A DNA stretch of 64,000 nucleotides, taken from assembly GCF_018350175.1 (NCBI RefSeq), contig NC_058373.1, positions 115,694,001 to 115,758,000 of the forward strand, given 5' to 3'. The notes beneath the pieces are model-generated. The model saw only the letters and a program-made list of their open reading frames with translations. It searched no databases and had not been told where the DNA came from. Below, piece after piece: positions 16,345-29,339 of this stretch. The position numbers and the translations under genes were made by a program. The stretch comes from Felis catus (taxonomy: Eukaryota). The stretch's first letter is position 1. Each line of letters opens with the position of its first letter.

Positions 16345-17155
16345 GGGGTGCTTGGGTGGCTCAGTCAGTTGAGTGTCAGACTTCGGCTCAGGTCATGATC
16401 TCGCAGTCTGTGAGTTCGAGCCCCACATCGGGCTCCGTGCTGACAGCTCAGAGCCTGGAGCCTGCTTCAGATTCTGTGTCTCCCTCTCTCTCTGCCCCTC
16501 CCCCGCTCATGCTCTGTCTCTCTGTCTCTCTCTGTCAAAAATAAATAAAAATTTATTTGTACTTAAAATTTTAGATTATAGAGATGTTTAAAAGTTGCTA
16601 GAATTGATCCTGAAGAAATAAAGACATGGCAGTTTGCCAATTTTTGAATTCTGTTGTGAAATTGGATTTTCATGAATCTCTGCTTATCCTTTTGTTTAAA
16701 ACTTCTCTTGGGACGCCTGGATGGCTCTGGCGGTTGAGCGTCCAACTCTTGATTTCAGCTCAGGTCATGATCCCAGGGTTGCGGGATGTAGCCGTATGTC
16801 AGGCTCTGTGCTGGGCCTGGAGCCTGCTTAAGATTCTCTCTCTCCTTCTGCCCTCCTCCCCCACGCCCACTGGCTCTTTTTCAATTTAAAACTTCTCTTA
16901 GGGGCACCTGAGTGGCTCAGTCAGTTAAGCGTCGGACTCTGGCTCAGGTCATGATCTCATGGTTTGTGGGTTCGAGCCCCACACCAGGCTCTGTGCTGAC
17001 AGCTCAGAGCCTGGAGCCTGCTTCGGATTCTGTGTCTCGCTCTCTCTCTCTGTCCCTCCTGCGTTCACACTCTCGTGCTCTCTCTCTCTCTCTCAAAAAT
17101 AAACAGTAAAATTTTTAAAAATGATAAATAAAAATAAAAAATAAAAAAATAAAAC
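16345..17155 (+). mobile_element. Cluster of three SINEC copies (about 16345-16550, 16709-16885, 16900-17155)
   Basis: Three tRNA-like heads; TSDs tttatttgtacttaa and tttaaaacttctctt. Confidence 0.88.
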
Positions 17156-17374
17156 TTATCTTACTAGTTTATCTTGCTTCATGTGAAAACTTCTGAAGTG
17201 AAAATTAATAAGAAATTAACAACAAGTCTTGCTATACTGTCCATTAAACAACAGTATGTGAAAATGAATTCTCATAAAGCCATTGACAAATCTGCAGAAG
17301 TCAAGGCCCAAACAGAAACTGTAATGTTGTTATTCTTTACTGTGATAAACTAATGTGAAGGCACAAGTTTTACT

Positions 17375-17377
<3 letters not shown>

Positions 17378-17424
<47 letters not shown>
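17378..17424. repeat. (CA)n microsatellite
   Basis: Direct reading. Confidence 0.95.
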
Positions 17425-17428
<4 letters not shown>

Positions 17429-17499
17429 GTAACAAGTGTTAACCTATTCTTTCTGTCCTTTTTCTGCTCTCTATATATTTTACTTTTTAAAACTTTTTC

Positions 17500-17620
17500 C
17501 TGGAGCCTGTTTCTGATTCTGTGTCTCCCTCTCTCTCTGCCCTTCCCCCGTTCATGCTCTGTCTCTCTCTGTCCCAAAAATAAATAAACGTTGAAAAAAA
17601 AAAAGAAAAAGAAAAAAAAA
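17500..17620 (+). mobile_element. 5'-truncated young SINEC_Fc
   Basis: Starts mid-element (ctggagcctgtttctgattc), A tail, TSD aaaactttttc. Confidence 0.85.
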
Positions 17621-20549
17621 CTTTTTCAATTATATGATTACAAAGGGAAGTTCAATAAAAGAAAATTTCCACTTTTTTCAAAGCTTTTGAAATGGAATTT
17701 TCACTTTTATTTATTTTTACTGACGTGACATACTGTAAGGTTCAAAAAAAGAAATGTTCACTGTTTACATGTTTTCTGGCCATTATTATTATTTACTTCA
17801 TCTCATGATTATTCCTAAAAATAACTTTGTCATCAAGAGGAAGAAATGTTAAAAAAAAAAGAATTAATCTACGCCAGCTGTCAAATACCCTAGATAGAAC
17901 ACTGGGTTTAATCCAAAAATAAGTGGAGTCTACTTCCAGAGCAGTCCAGTTACATTTTTCCCTGTCAGGCATCAGGGTTCCCACCTCACCTTCCTGTCTC
18001 CTTTCTGTTCATTCTTCTCTCTCTTCTCTTTCTCTTCATTGCCTCACCCAGCTCTGAAGTGCTGTTTTAATATGATGGACCCAGTGATAGTGGAACTGGC
18101 TCTGTGGTGAATTCATCAGAGAACAGGCTGCACAGGAAACTGAATGAAAGCCTGTGTATCACAAACCAGAAGACCAGGCAAGGTCAGAAAAGGATGCTTT
18201 ATTAGGTAGCAGAGTACTGGGCTCAATTTCCTGTTGTGAGGACTCTGAATGGGGAGCATCTAGATGTCTCCACAAACTGTTTAAAGGAGCAGTCCTGTGA
18301 TGGGGAAAGTGATGTGGTGGGGGAGGCCAATGATATGGGGAGGAAAAGAGAACCTAAACAAAAGGCACCACAAGAAAGAGAAATGCTTTTTCAAAACCAC
18401 AATGATAAAATTCCTTTTTTTTTTTTTTCCACCAATGCTTTCTTGTCCTGAGAGTTGGTGGGGGTGCCATATATCCAAACAATACCAAAATGACAGAAAA
18501 AGTCAGTAGGTCTGGGTTAAAAATACTCATGGAAAATTCAAAAAAGAAATTTAAAAAGCAATAAATATGTAAATAAAACAATGAATGTTATAATGCTAAT
18601 AAAATGAAATAGTCACCTCACTACAATTTAAGAAATATGAATAAATAGAGAATCAACTTGCCAAAGATTTAAAAAGTCACCAAGTGCTGGCATGGTAAGA
18701 CAGAGAAATAGAAAGCTAATACATTATTTGTGGAGTATAAATTGGTGTCCTGGAGAATTTAGCAATATTTATCCTCAAAAATCTATATTCATTGTAACCC
18801 ACCCCTTTAATTTGTACAGAGGAAATAACTATAAATTCTGATAATGATTTAACCCTACATAAATTAATTACACAATTATTATTTATAATATAGAAAATCT
18901 GGAAATACCTCAACTATCCAAAAATAGTGGTTGGTTAGATTATATCTTTTGACTGGAAATTTATCCAGTGATTAAAAATTATGTGCTATCAGATATCTAA
19001 GGACATGCAAAATATACTCTTAAGTAAAAAAAAACAAATTACTAAACATTATTCCCTATGCTTAGAAATGTAACTGGAAAATATATATTGAAGTAGAAAA
19101 AAGAATCTTTATTCCCTTCTTTCACTTCACTCTCCCTACTTGCTCTTCCCTAATTCATCCCAATCCTGAGAGGGAGTTGCTAGCGTTTGGGCAAATTCCG
19201 GGATTCTGTTTGGTCCAGTTACTGACTGGGAGCCATTGTGTATTAAAAGGTCCTATGTGTAGCTCCCTCTCCCTTGCTTCCTACTGCCCCCATGTGGTAG
19301 GATTGGTAAATTGAACGAAGATCCACTTGGACTAACCAACTTGCAAGTTCACCTAGTGTCTCTTTATACTCATCATTGCTTAGCCTCCTGTACCTTGTGG
19401 TGATCTAGAGAATGGAAGATCACAAGAAATGGAATCGGGCTTGGGAAGAAGTGGAAACACTGCTAGGCTGATAGGGAACAGGTGCTACGGCTATCCTTCA
19501 GGGTACTCAAGGTCCAGGCTGCCTGTGTAAACCACAAAGCAAGGGAGGGGATTAAAAGACACAATCGGTTATTCAAAGGCATAGGAAAAGAAAGCTCAAG
19601 GGGTAGAGGCCCCTTCTACCAAATCCTTTTGTAGCCAGACTTTGTCCAAATCACAGTAAGAAACGGTAGCAAACATCTGTTTTTATTTGTCCTGTTTTTC
19701 TTATTCTGGTAAGAGCACCATCATTTCTTCCACCAAGGTTTTTAACCTGCATAAAGCTGAACCCTTTCCTGGCTTTGGGAGTTTTAACATGGCACTATCC
19801 TGGCTGAGAACAATGCATTTCTCTGTCCATGGTATTTTATTTGGAGATGAATAAGTGCACACAAAGGGAAGATGTTTCCTTGGAACTAGATGACATGTTT
19901 GGAGCACTGAAATGAACTGCAACTCTAAAGCCTGGAACATCTGTGTGAATAAAAGTGAAGAAGTCATCCAGGAGAAGGAGAGAACATTTGCTAAATGTGA
20001 TGTCAGCAAATCAATACATTGTACATAATAAGATATGCCATAATATTAATACCAACACAGCCAGTAGTAAAACACAAAACCTTAAGAGTATATTTAGCTT
20101 ACATACCAAAATTTGATCACTGTCAGAAGAGTGGTCACAAATGAACTGAGGTTATCTTTTCCTTCTTGACTGTTTTTGGGATTCTGTTTTGTTTTGTTTT
20201 GTTTTGTTTTTTGTTTTGTTGAGTGGGGACATACTTTTCCAAGGCACAAGTTGAGTGGCTAATAACAAGAGTGTAGGATCTGGTAAAATGTAGTAATTCA
20301 GTTATGACAGTAAAAATGCAGAAAAGGCAATGATGTGAACAGAGGAAAATTCTAGGGAGTATCAAGATACAAAAATTCAGAAGGCTAAATTTGTGTTCAA
20401 GTCTAAGAGGTCAACTTTGGGTTTGAAATGAGATACAAAGAGAAAGGTCAGAATCTGCCTATACTCTGGTTCCAAGGAAGAAGTAAAAACAAGGAAATGG
20501 ACAAAGTAGCAAAGGGTCAAGGTAATTTCCTGGAATATAAAATACTGGA

Positions 20550-21130
20550 GGGGCATCTGGGTGGCTCAGTCTGTTGAGTGTCTGACTCTTGATTTCGGCT
20601 TGGGTCATGATCTCACAGTTTGTGAGTTCAAGCCCTACATTGGGCTCCATGCTGACAGTGCAGAGCCTGCTTGGGATTCTCTGTCTCCCTCTTTCTGACC
20701 CTCCCCTGCTTGATCTCTCTCTCTCTCTCAAAATAAACAAATAAACATTTACAAAATTTAAAAATTTAAAAGAAAGAAGAGAAAATATTGGAAATCCCAC
20801 AAAATAAATGTTGGAGATTCCACATATGGGATGGAAGTCAGTGATAGGTCATTGTAGTTTAAAGGATCATAAATAAACACCAGCTCTCTAATGGTCTTTC
20901 TAGTGTATCTGTTTAAAAGTAACAGAACGGGGTGCCTGGTTGGCTCAGCTGGTTGAGTGTCTAGCTTTGGTCAGGTCATGATCTCATGGTTCATGAGTTC
21001 GAGCCCTGCATCAGGCTCACTGCTGTCAGCGTGGAGCCTGCTTGGGATTCTCTGTCCTCCTCTGTCTCTGTCCTCCCCCCGGCTCTTGCTCTCTGTCTCA
21101 AAAATAAAACAGACCAAAAAAAAAAAAAAA
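20550..21130 (+). mobile_element. Two SINEC copies (about 20550-20770 and 20929-21130)
   Basis: SINEC heads and tails; TSD aaaagtaacagaa around the second copy. Confidence 0.88.
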
Positions 21131-22129
21131 GTAACAGAATTAAAAAAAAAGAATATAAATAAATAAATGTAACAGAATAAGCAAGCAAAAAAAAAAAATT
21201 GGAAAATTCAACTCCATAATTGACAGTATGGTAAACTATATGTCCAGTTCCAAGCTCACACTGCAAAATAATTTAAACATCTGGATAGTTTTTTTAATCC
21301 TCCCAACTTTTTATATGCATATAGGTATCCTAACAAGAAAGTAAGGGAAATTATCCAAGACCAAAATGGAGTAAAAGGCAAAAAGATAAATACTATAAGA
21401 TAGGTGAAAAATCCCCGGACATTAGAGTAAGAAGACCTATCTTCTATCTAAGCAGAGTTTCAAGATGGACTTGGTAAGGCAATATTCCTAAAGATGGAGG
21501 CTGGAAGTTTTCCAAACTGATGAAAGATAAGAACATTCAGATTAAGATTTCCAAACCCCAAGATGGATAAATTAGACTTCCACACCCAGACACATCACAC
21601 TGCATTTACAGAAGAGCAAAGAAAAGAAGACTGTAAAAGAAGCTAGAAAGAAAGGCAGATGAGATACGAAGTAATGGCAGTTTTTACAAACAGCTGAATT
21701 CTCAACAACAATGGTACTGGCCATAAGACAGCAGAATCACACCTTCAAAATCTGAGAAGAAAACATAGTATCGAATACCCAAGAAAATAAATTCTCACTC
21801 AGGAGAAAAGGGATGAAGTGAGTCTTTTCAAACAAAAATAATTTGCTATTCAAGACTCAGTTGAAGGACTCTAAAGTCCTTATGTCACACACAAAAAGAA
21901 ACTGAATTTAGTAAGAAAATGCAATGTAGGAAAACAAAGTGGTAAATGTATGAATGAATCAAAATAAATACTGACTGCAGAAATGGTATTAAAATAGTAT
22001 CTAATTTGGGAGAACCATTTTCAAAAAAATAATATCCTGGGAAATATATAAGTTCGGGAAATTAAACTTTTCTTGTCCTTATATTATTTTAGAAAAGGCT
22101 AAAGATAATAACTTTGTATTTTGTTACAG

Positions 22130-24335
22130 ACAGTAATGCTACTCTTCAGTATTTATGATTCTACTCTCCTTCGGGAAACATTGGGGGCCTGTACCTCCTT
22201 GCCTACTGGAAGTTAGCACTGGCCATGAAACTAGCTTTGATCAATGAAATATGAACAGAAGTGTCACTTCCAAGAAGTATTTAAGAGTTGGTTTGAGTAT
22301 CCATTCTCTCTTCCCTTTGCTGCTGTGACCAGTGACTAGTACTATTCCTGTTGAATCCTCCTCAACAGCCTGTAACCCACAGTGAGGATGAAATCTTGGT
22401 TCTTTCTGTAATTTTCAGATTGTTCATACAACAATATAAATTACTTTATCCCAACAGAAACAAGCATTGGTACTGAGAGCAGTGGGTGAAATGTGTATGG
22501 AGGTGAGAACATGTAATGCCAAAATGTTTAGTAAAAAGTCATCTGCCCTATGTTGGGAGACATATCATGTACCTAATAAAGTTATGTGTGGCTCTAAGGG
22601 AAGAAGCTGGAAAACAACTTTACTAGTGAGTGTTGATAACTGTCTGCATTTGACCATTTCCTTAGTTCAGGAAAGAATTTGCATGTTTACAAACAGGAAT
22701 CAAAGGGAGTAGAGAGAATATGGAAATTCAGGGACTTTCAGAAATGGAAAAGAAAACTTCCTCACCACCCCAAATGTCAAAGCTAAATGTAAAAAATATT
22801 TGAGCAACAAAGGCTAATTATAACTCAGCCTTGAGGCAAAAGTCAAAATAAAGGAGTGCTCATTGTAACTTTATGAAAACCACTGGATGGATGAAGAACT
22901 TCAAATTGGGAAAAAGCCAAATAAGGGTGTCGTATCCAGCAAATTGTTCATTTAGATAAAATAACTCAAAGTAAATACCTAAAAGTATGTGTTCTTCCCA
23001 GTGACATCGAGTAGACTCAAGTTACCTGATATTAAAGGGAATAGGGACATAGGGATATATGTGTTAGAGAAGAAAAATAGAACACTCTAAAAAAGCATAT
23101 TTATTATAAAGAACTGCAGATATGGATACTGGTGCATACAGCTGATTGAAATCAAATAGAGAGCAAGTCTATTAAGTTTGGGGGAGTTTTACTGCCAGAG
23201 GAAGCAGGGCAACAAAAGGTGGAGAAAACTGCATGGCCCACAAGGAGGTTCTACTGCCCTCGTTTTCCGATGAGACCAAGAAGAATGATACAAAAGGAAG
23301 AACTTTCCAGAAGGTAGAGTCAGGGCCACAGCGAACAATGGAAAAAGAAGTCCTTTCACTCTCTAGAGTAGACTTAATCAGGAGATATTTCCCACCCCAA
23401 AGAGGGAGGGCCTTAACCATATGTGCCCACCAGAATTTCAAAACTGCTACGGACCAGTGATTGCTATGTTTCACGGAATTTTTCTTTTCCAAATGGGGGT
23501 ACTTTTCTCTTTATGCTGTGCTTATTTCATCATTGTATACTGGGAGCATGTAACAAACCCAATTTTTCTTTTCGAATTAAAAAAAAAAGTTTATTTATTT
23601 TGGAGACAGAGAGAGGCAGAGCATGAGCAGAGGAGGGGTAGAGAGAGAGGGAGACACAGAATCCGAAGCAGGCTCCAGGCTCTGAGCTGCCAGCACCGGG
23701 CCCAACGTGGGGCTCGAACTCACGAGCTGTGAGATCATGACCTGAGCCAAAGTCAGATGCTTAACCTACTGAGCCACCCAGGGGCCCCCCAATTTTTCTT
23801 TTTGGCTCAAAGGCCTTGCATCAAGAGCAAGTATAGCAAGATCTGTTGTAGAGATTGCTATGTATCCATCCTACCCTACAATACAGAGGAAACCTGATCC
23901 TGAGCTAACCTTTCTCACTAGATGGGAATTTGGGGTGGCTCTCCTTTGACATGGGAGTAAGCTTAACCTACATTTGGTGAGCAAAAGGGCAAACTGTGGT
24001 AGACATTACATCTCTTCACCAGTATTTCAAGTTTTCCTTTCCTTCTACTCACATGAGAGGAGTGCATTTCCCTGCTCCCACTAATTTGGGTGTGGTCCCG
24101 TGACTTGTGTCCAATGAAATATGAGAAGTGATCCAAGGAGACGTATTTAAGCACTGCTACAAACTGTCCATTCTCTGATCTTCCTCCTACAACTGATGCT
24201 CCCAAATGGTCAATCTTCCATCAGCCTACGGTGCAGAGGGGGCATGGAAACCTTTACAGTTGTAAGCCACTAAGAATTTGGGACAGTTTATTCCCAGTGC
24301 ATAATACAGTCTATCTTAGTGGATACTGGTATACA
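22130..24335 (+). mobile_element. Near-complete old MaLR element (MLT1 LTR - internal - LTR), with a SINEC at about 23588-23787
   Basis: Two similar LTR-like blocks (caatgaaatatga...agaagtg at about 22242 and about 24112); internal region begins attggtac (about 22466); purine tract gagcaaaagggcaaac precedes tgtggt at 23995. Confidence 0.65.
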
Positions 24336-24635
24336 AGTTAAAATATAAAGAGAAATAAAAGAACATAGAATATAACTCCAAACTGTTAGGGGAGAACAGG
24401 AATGGAAAATTAAAAATCAATCAAGAAGACTCAGAATAAAGAACAGTCCTCTACACTGAAGAAATAAAATCTTAGGAAAAGCTTGCTACATCGCCCTTCT
24501 CTTACTTCGCAACAGACCATTAGAAACTGTCAATAACAATCAATCAAGAAGAAAGTACGTTAGAATAAAAAAAGGAAAACAGAGAGAGAGCAACAGAGGG
24601 CAGCAAATAATATGGTAGAAATCAATCTAGATGTA

Positions 24636-24954
24636 CAGTTGAACTTTAAACAACATGGGCCTGAACTGCATGTGTCCACTTATATTTCTTACAGTACAGT
24701 ACTGTAAATGTATTTTCCCTTCCTTATGATTTTAGTAACATTTTTTTCTTCAGCTTACTTTATTGTAAGACTATAGTATGTAATATATATATAACACACA
24801 AAATATGTATTAATTGACTGTTGATGTTATCGGTAAGGCTTCCAATCAACAGTAGACTATTAGTAGTTAAATTCTGGAGGAGTCAAAGTTACATGTGGAT
24901 TTTTGACCACGTGGGGGTCAGCACCCCCAACCCGTGTTGTTCAAGGGTCAACTG
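24636..24954. mobile_element. Tigger-type (TcMar) non-autonomous DNA transposon
   Basis: Terminal inverted repeats cagttgaactttaaacaac ... gttgttcaagggtcaactg, TA at the left flank. Confidence 0.85.
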
Positions 24955-25389
24955 CATTAGTCGTATCTTGGAAGGTTTCTGCATTAATAATCTCCAAATC
25001 TCAGTGACTTACAGAATCTGTTTGTTTTTCACACACATTGCATGCCAGTCTTTGGTTGGCCTTAGCTATTCAATCTGGAACCTAGACTGAAGGAATGGCT
25101 TCAGTCTGCCACAGGTATGGTGGCAGAAAACAACTCGTTAGAACAACAATGACTCTGTATATACAAGCTTTTACTGAGAAGTAGTACATTTATTTCTACT
25201 CACTTCTAATTAGTAAAAAACAAAAACAAAACAAAAACACAAAAGAAATCATTAAGGCCAAGCATCTTAATAGACTTAGATGTCAATGGGGTTATAATAC
25301 TTTAGTAGGGACAGGCTTAGAAGAGACAGGGATTGTAAGGAGGGGCTGTTAGGAAGGGTCAGGGACAATTTTGATAATAATCTACTATA

Positions 25390-26330
25390 CCAAATATAAA
25401 ACTGATCCCAATAAATGGAAATTGTCTAGACTATCCAATTTGAAGTCAGTGATTATCACACTGGATTAAAAATAATCCAACCCTCTGCTCTTTATAAGTG
25501 CCTCACAAAACACAAGGACAGAAAAAGTGTGAAAGTCAAAGCATGGGAAAAAGAGACTAGGAAAATATTAAAGAAACTTGGGGTAGCTATACTAATGCCA
25601 TACAAAATAGACTTTAAAGCAAAAAGCATTTCTAGAGATAAAGATGATCACTACATAATGATAAAGGTCTCATCAGAAAAATATAACAATTCTAAACTTT
25701 ATGGCTTAATAACATAGTCTCAAAATATATAGACGATTTCACTATCATAGAGGAGGATTTTAACTAATGTCTTATAGTAAATTAAATAGACCAAAAAATA
25801 AGGATATAAAGAATCTGAGCAACACAATTAACAAGTTAAATGGAAAGCAGAGAAAGAGAAAGAGTGAGAGAGAGAGAGAGAGAGAGAATACTGCACTCAA
25901 CAGCTGTAGAATATATTCTTTCCAAGCACAAAATATTTATGATCATGCATACAAATGTCAGTAAATTTTCAAAAATTAGTACCACACAGAACACTTACTT
26001 AACAACAATAAAATTAAGTCACAAACCAATAACAGATGAGTAAAACTATTCGCACGTGTTTAGAAATTTTAACATTTATTTGTGGGTCAAAAAATGTGGT
26101 AATAGAAATCAGAAAATTCTCAGAACCAAATAATGAAGAATGTCATATTCAATATTTGCGTGTAGTCAATATTTGCGAGATGCTGCTAAAGTCTTAGTTT
26201 GGGAAAAATGGATAATTGTATGTTCCTAAGTAAACACAAAAGGCTCAAAAGTAACGAACTAATAAGCATTCCAACCTTAGACATTATGGGAAAAATACAG
26301 AACAAACTTTACAAGGCACAAAAGATATAA
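25390..26330 (+). mobile_element. Old L1 ORF2 endonuclease-region fragment
   Basis: ORF 25529..25717 (KKLGVAILMPYKIDFKAKSISRDKDDHYIMIK) is L1 EN-like. Confidence 0.8.
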
Positions 26331-28600
26331 TCAAGTTGTTTATTAAGAGAGAAATTACATAAGAAATCTGGGGCCAAACACAAGCCCCTGCATGCCTGTT
26401 TTAGACCAATCAGCATATCAACAGTATCTTTTAAGGTCCAAACTTATAACTGTGTAAGAGAAGAAAAAGGGAAAACCCGTCAGGAAGGAGGGGCAGCAGC
26501 AGAAGCGAACGGAAGAAGCAAAGCCAAGACTGTGGTTTCAGCTGGGTCTAGCCTCAGCCCCACATCTCCAGGAGCTCTGATGCACACAGCACAGCACAGT
26601 CTTTCCCACCTTAGCAGGGGAGTGAGGTTTCTGTATCTCCATAACAGGCATTAGGCAGTCACTGTTTGCAGGCTGTAACAGGGATAAGTAATGCATAACT
26701 TCCAGACACCTCCTGGTGATGTTGTTCCAATCTACCAAAGGCAAGCCTCTTGAAAATGTTGCAAGTGCATTAGTAGCATCGTCGCGTGGAGCAGCTGGAG
26801 GAGAATGCGTACACCAAGCCAACGAAAGCAAACTCAGGACGTCTGGACACAGCACCAACACTGTCTGCTGTGCTCCACCCCTTGAACCACTCAGGTCCAC
26901 TTGCTTTACACATTAGGTTCGCTCCATTCTTTGGCAACTTCTCCAGGATTCTGGTTGATTACAATTTCTACGAAAACTTGAAAGAGAAGTTAGTGGGATA
27001 AACTATAGCCTCCACAGCTGCCGTCAGTCCTGAGGTCAGAACTGACAAGGATGATTTCCTTTCTTTACTAGCCAGTCTACATTCCCCTCACCCTGTGCTT
27101 GCATTTCTGCTGGTCTAGGTGGCTTCCTGTGTGGTACTGTCACCTGAGGGGTCTGAGACTTTGGTTACCATGCTGTTGTCTGGCCACAGTTAAGCTCTGC
27201 TTGCCAATTTACAAGGTCTGGATTACCAAGAGTGGCTCACATGAGTGCTACATATAAATCTTCCCTGCTACCAGTATGTAGCAGTAACCTTGCCTTCCCA
27301 TGAATATCAAATTCAATTACCCCTTCAAGTATGGTAACTCTTTTCTCCTCTTGCTGGTCTATTGGCACAATGAGCATAAAATGACCAGTGGCAGCCAACA
27401 CCTTAAGTTTAGTGGAACTATTAATGTTTCCCTTATTGGAAGTGTTCCCTTTCTAGAAACCAGGACCTCTAGTTCTTCAACTGAAGAGCCCTAAAGTTTC
27501 AGAAACTGGAAGCAAAAGTTTCCCATGTGGGTTGCTGGAACAGAGCGATCCTTCCCAGTCCTTGGTTCCCAGCAGTAACACAGAACCATACAGCCATCAC
27601 TGATTTAAGGGGAAAATGGCAAACCTTTTCTTTAAAGTGCCAGTCGGTACATATTTTAGACTTTGTGGACCATACAGTCTCTGACCTGACTACTTTGCCG
27701 ACGTAGCCTAACAGAAGCCACAGACAATATATAAATGATGAGTGTGCTTGTGTCCCAATGACATCATGTTTGTAAAACAGTAGCAAGCCCGATTTGGCCT
27801 CTGAACCAGTTCGCCAACCTCTGCTTTAACATATACGTATACTGTATCCTGAAGGAATACCTTTGTAAGACATCACCTTCAAACGGTTGCTTTGGCTGTG
27901 TCTCTTTGAGGCCATTTCATTGCTCTTTCAGGCTAGCAGCTTAGCAATGATGTGGGATGTAGTGGGATCAGTGAATCACAGAGACATGTACCCACTGCAG
28001 AACCGCTTTTTTTCATAAATCCAGCCCTTTGATCTGAAGTGCCAGTATGTGGGAGATCCCATGTCAGTAAATCAGATACTCTGTGAGTCCTTGAATAGAG
28101 GCGCTGACCAAGTTGGTAACAGGCAGGAAAGGTAAACGCACACTTAGAAAACATGTCCATCTTAGTCAAAATGAACTGCTGCCCTCTCCAGGGTGGAAAG
28201 GGTCTCACGTAATCACTAAGCGACTCCTCAAAGATTCGCACACTAAAAGGGTCCGGCATCCGTCTCCGTGGTTGACAGGGAGGGTGGGAGCAGTAGCAAG
28301 GTCAGCTTTGATGAGGGACGCCATGCTTCTGTGCCCAGGCGGAGCCTTCATCTGTCCGCCATGGCTACTCCATTCATGAATCCATCACATCGGCACTGTG
28401 GTGGCCCAAGACCAGGGCAGACTGATATCTGCACTGCAGTCTGGGTAGATGGCAGCTGTTCAGTGATCTCTTTGCAATGATCTCCTGCCCCTTTACTATC
28501 CTCTTTCCAGGCAAGAATCAGAGCAACCTCGTATGCAGGGAATAATCGGTCAGGACCTAGACACCAAGTGGTCCAGGTTTAGATGCCAGTCAGTCAGATT
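26330..28600 (-). mobile_element. ERVL-class provirus remnant (LTR-like part + pol/integrase)
   Basis: ORF 27933..28259 DYVRPFPPWRGQQFILTKMDMFSKCAFTFPA...SDQ resembles ERVL integrase (DYIGPLPSWKGQRFVLTGIDTYSGYGFAFPA...SDQG); frameshifted. Confidence 0.75.
27607..27823. mobile_element. hAT-Charlie MITE (MER58-like) inside the ERVL remnant
   Basis: Ends ...ggcaaaccttttctttaaag and ...gttcgccaacctctg typical of MER58. Confidence 0.7.
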
Positions 28601-28629
28601 ACTGTCAGCTGCTTTATTGTTTGTTTTCT

Positions 28630-29120
28630 TAAGCAGCCTCACTGAGATGTAATTCACATGCCATAAAAGTCACTCATTTTCAACGTATAATTAAATTTAT
28701 TATATTTCCAGTTGCAAAACCATCATCACAACCTCATTTTAGAACATTTTCATTACCCTAAAAAAACCCTCATGGTCCATTTATACCCATTCTCCAATTA
28801 TCATTCCCAGCACTAGAGAGCCACCAATTTATTTTCTCTCTCTTTAGATTTGCCTTTTTTGGATATTTAACATAAATGGATTCATACAATATGTGTTCAT
28901 TTGTGATTGGCTTTTTTCACTGAGTATGATTTTGTAGCTCATCCACGTTGTAGTATGCATCAGTACGTCATTCCTTTTTATTGCCAAATTATATTCCATC
29001 GTATGACTCTACCATATTTTGTTTATCCATTTACCAGTTGAGGGATATTTAGATTCCTTCCACTTTTCAGCTACTGTGAGAAATGCTGCTATGAATATAC
29101 ATGTTCAAGTCTTTGTATCA
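28630..29120 (-). mobile_element. Old L1 3' end fragment
   Basis: Characteristic L1M 3' text (tttgtttatccatttaccagttgagggatatttag...gctgctatgaat). Confidence 0.75.
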
Positions 29121-29339
29121 AGGTTATATGTTTTCATTTCTACTGATGATCTTAAGGAAACTGGATTCAGGCACCTTGAGGAAGGAAAGCCTCCAGTCCT
29201 ATGTGAAGTTAGGCTTAGGTTTGTCCCCTGCTGCTGAGCTGAAGAGGCAGTATCCCCAAGTCCCAACTATTTCATTTTTAGGCAACTAAGGAGCACTCCC
29301 AGGATCACCATCATCAGTCAGGGCAGGGCATCTACAAAC

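Noticed and set aside
17985..18120. Polypyrimidine tract + CAG and donor-like motifs suggesting an exon (possible ADAM-type coding exon start)
   Set aside because: The following ATG ORF stops after 12 codons, and no ADAM-like coding sequence was seen anywhere in the window.
19282..19297. CTCF-like motif (CCACATGGGGGCAG on the minus strand)
   Set aside because: Mismatch at a conserved core position; one weak match is not enough without ChIP data.
24430..24537. C/D snoRNA retrocopy reading of the 108-bp insert (minus strand ends in CTGA)
   Set aside because: No convincing box C (RTGATGA) or terminal stem; kept only as an unidentified insert.
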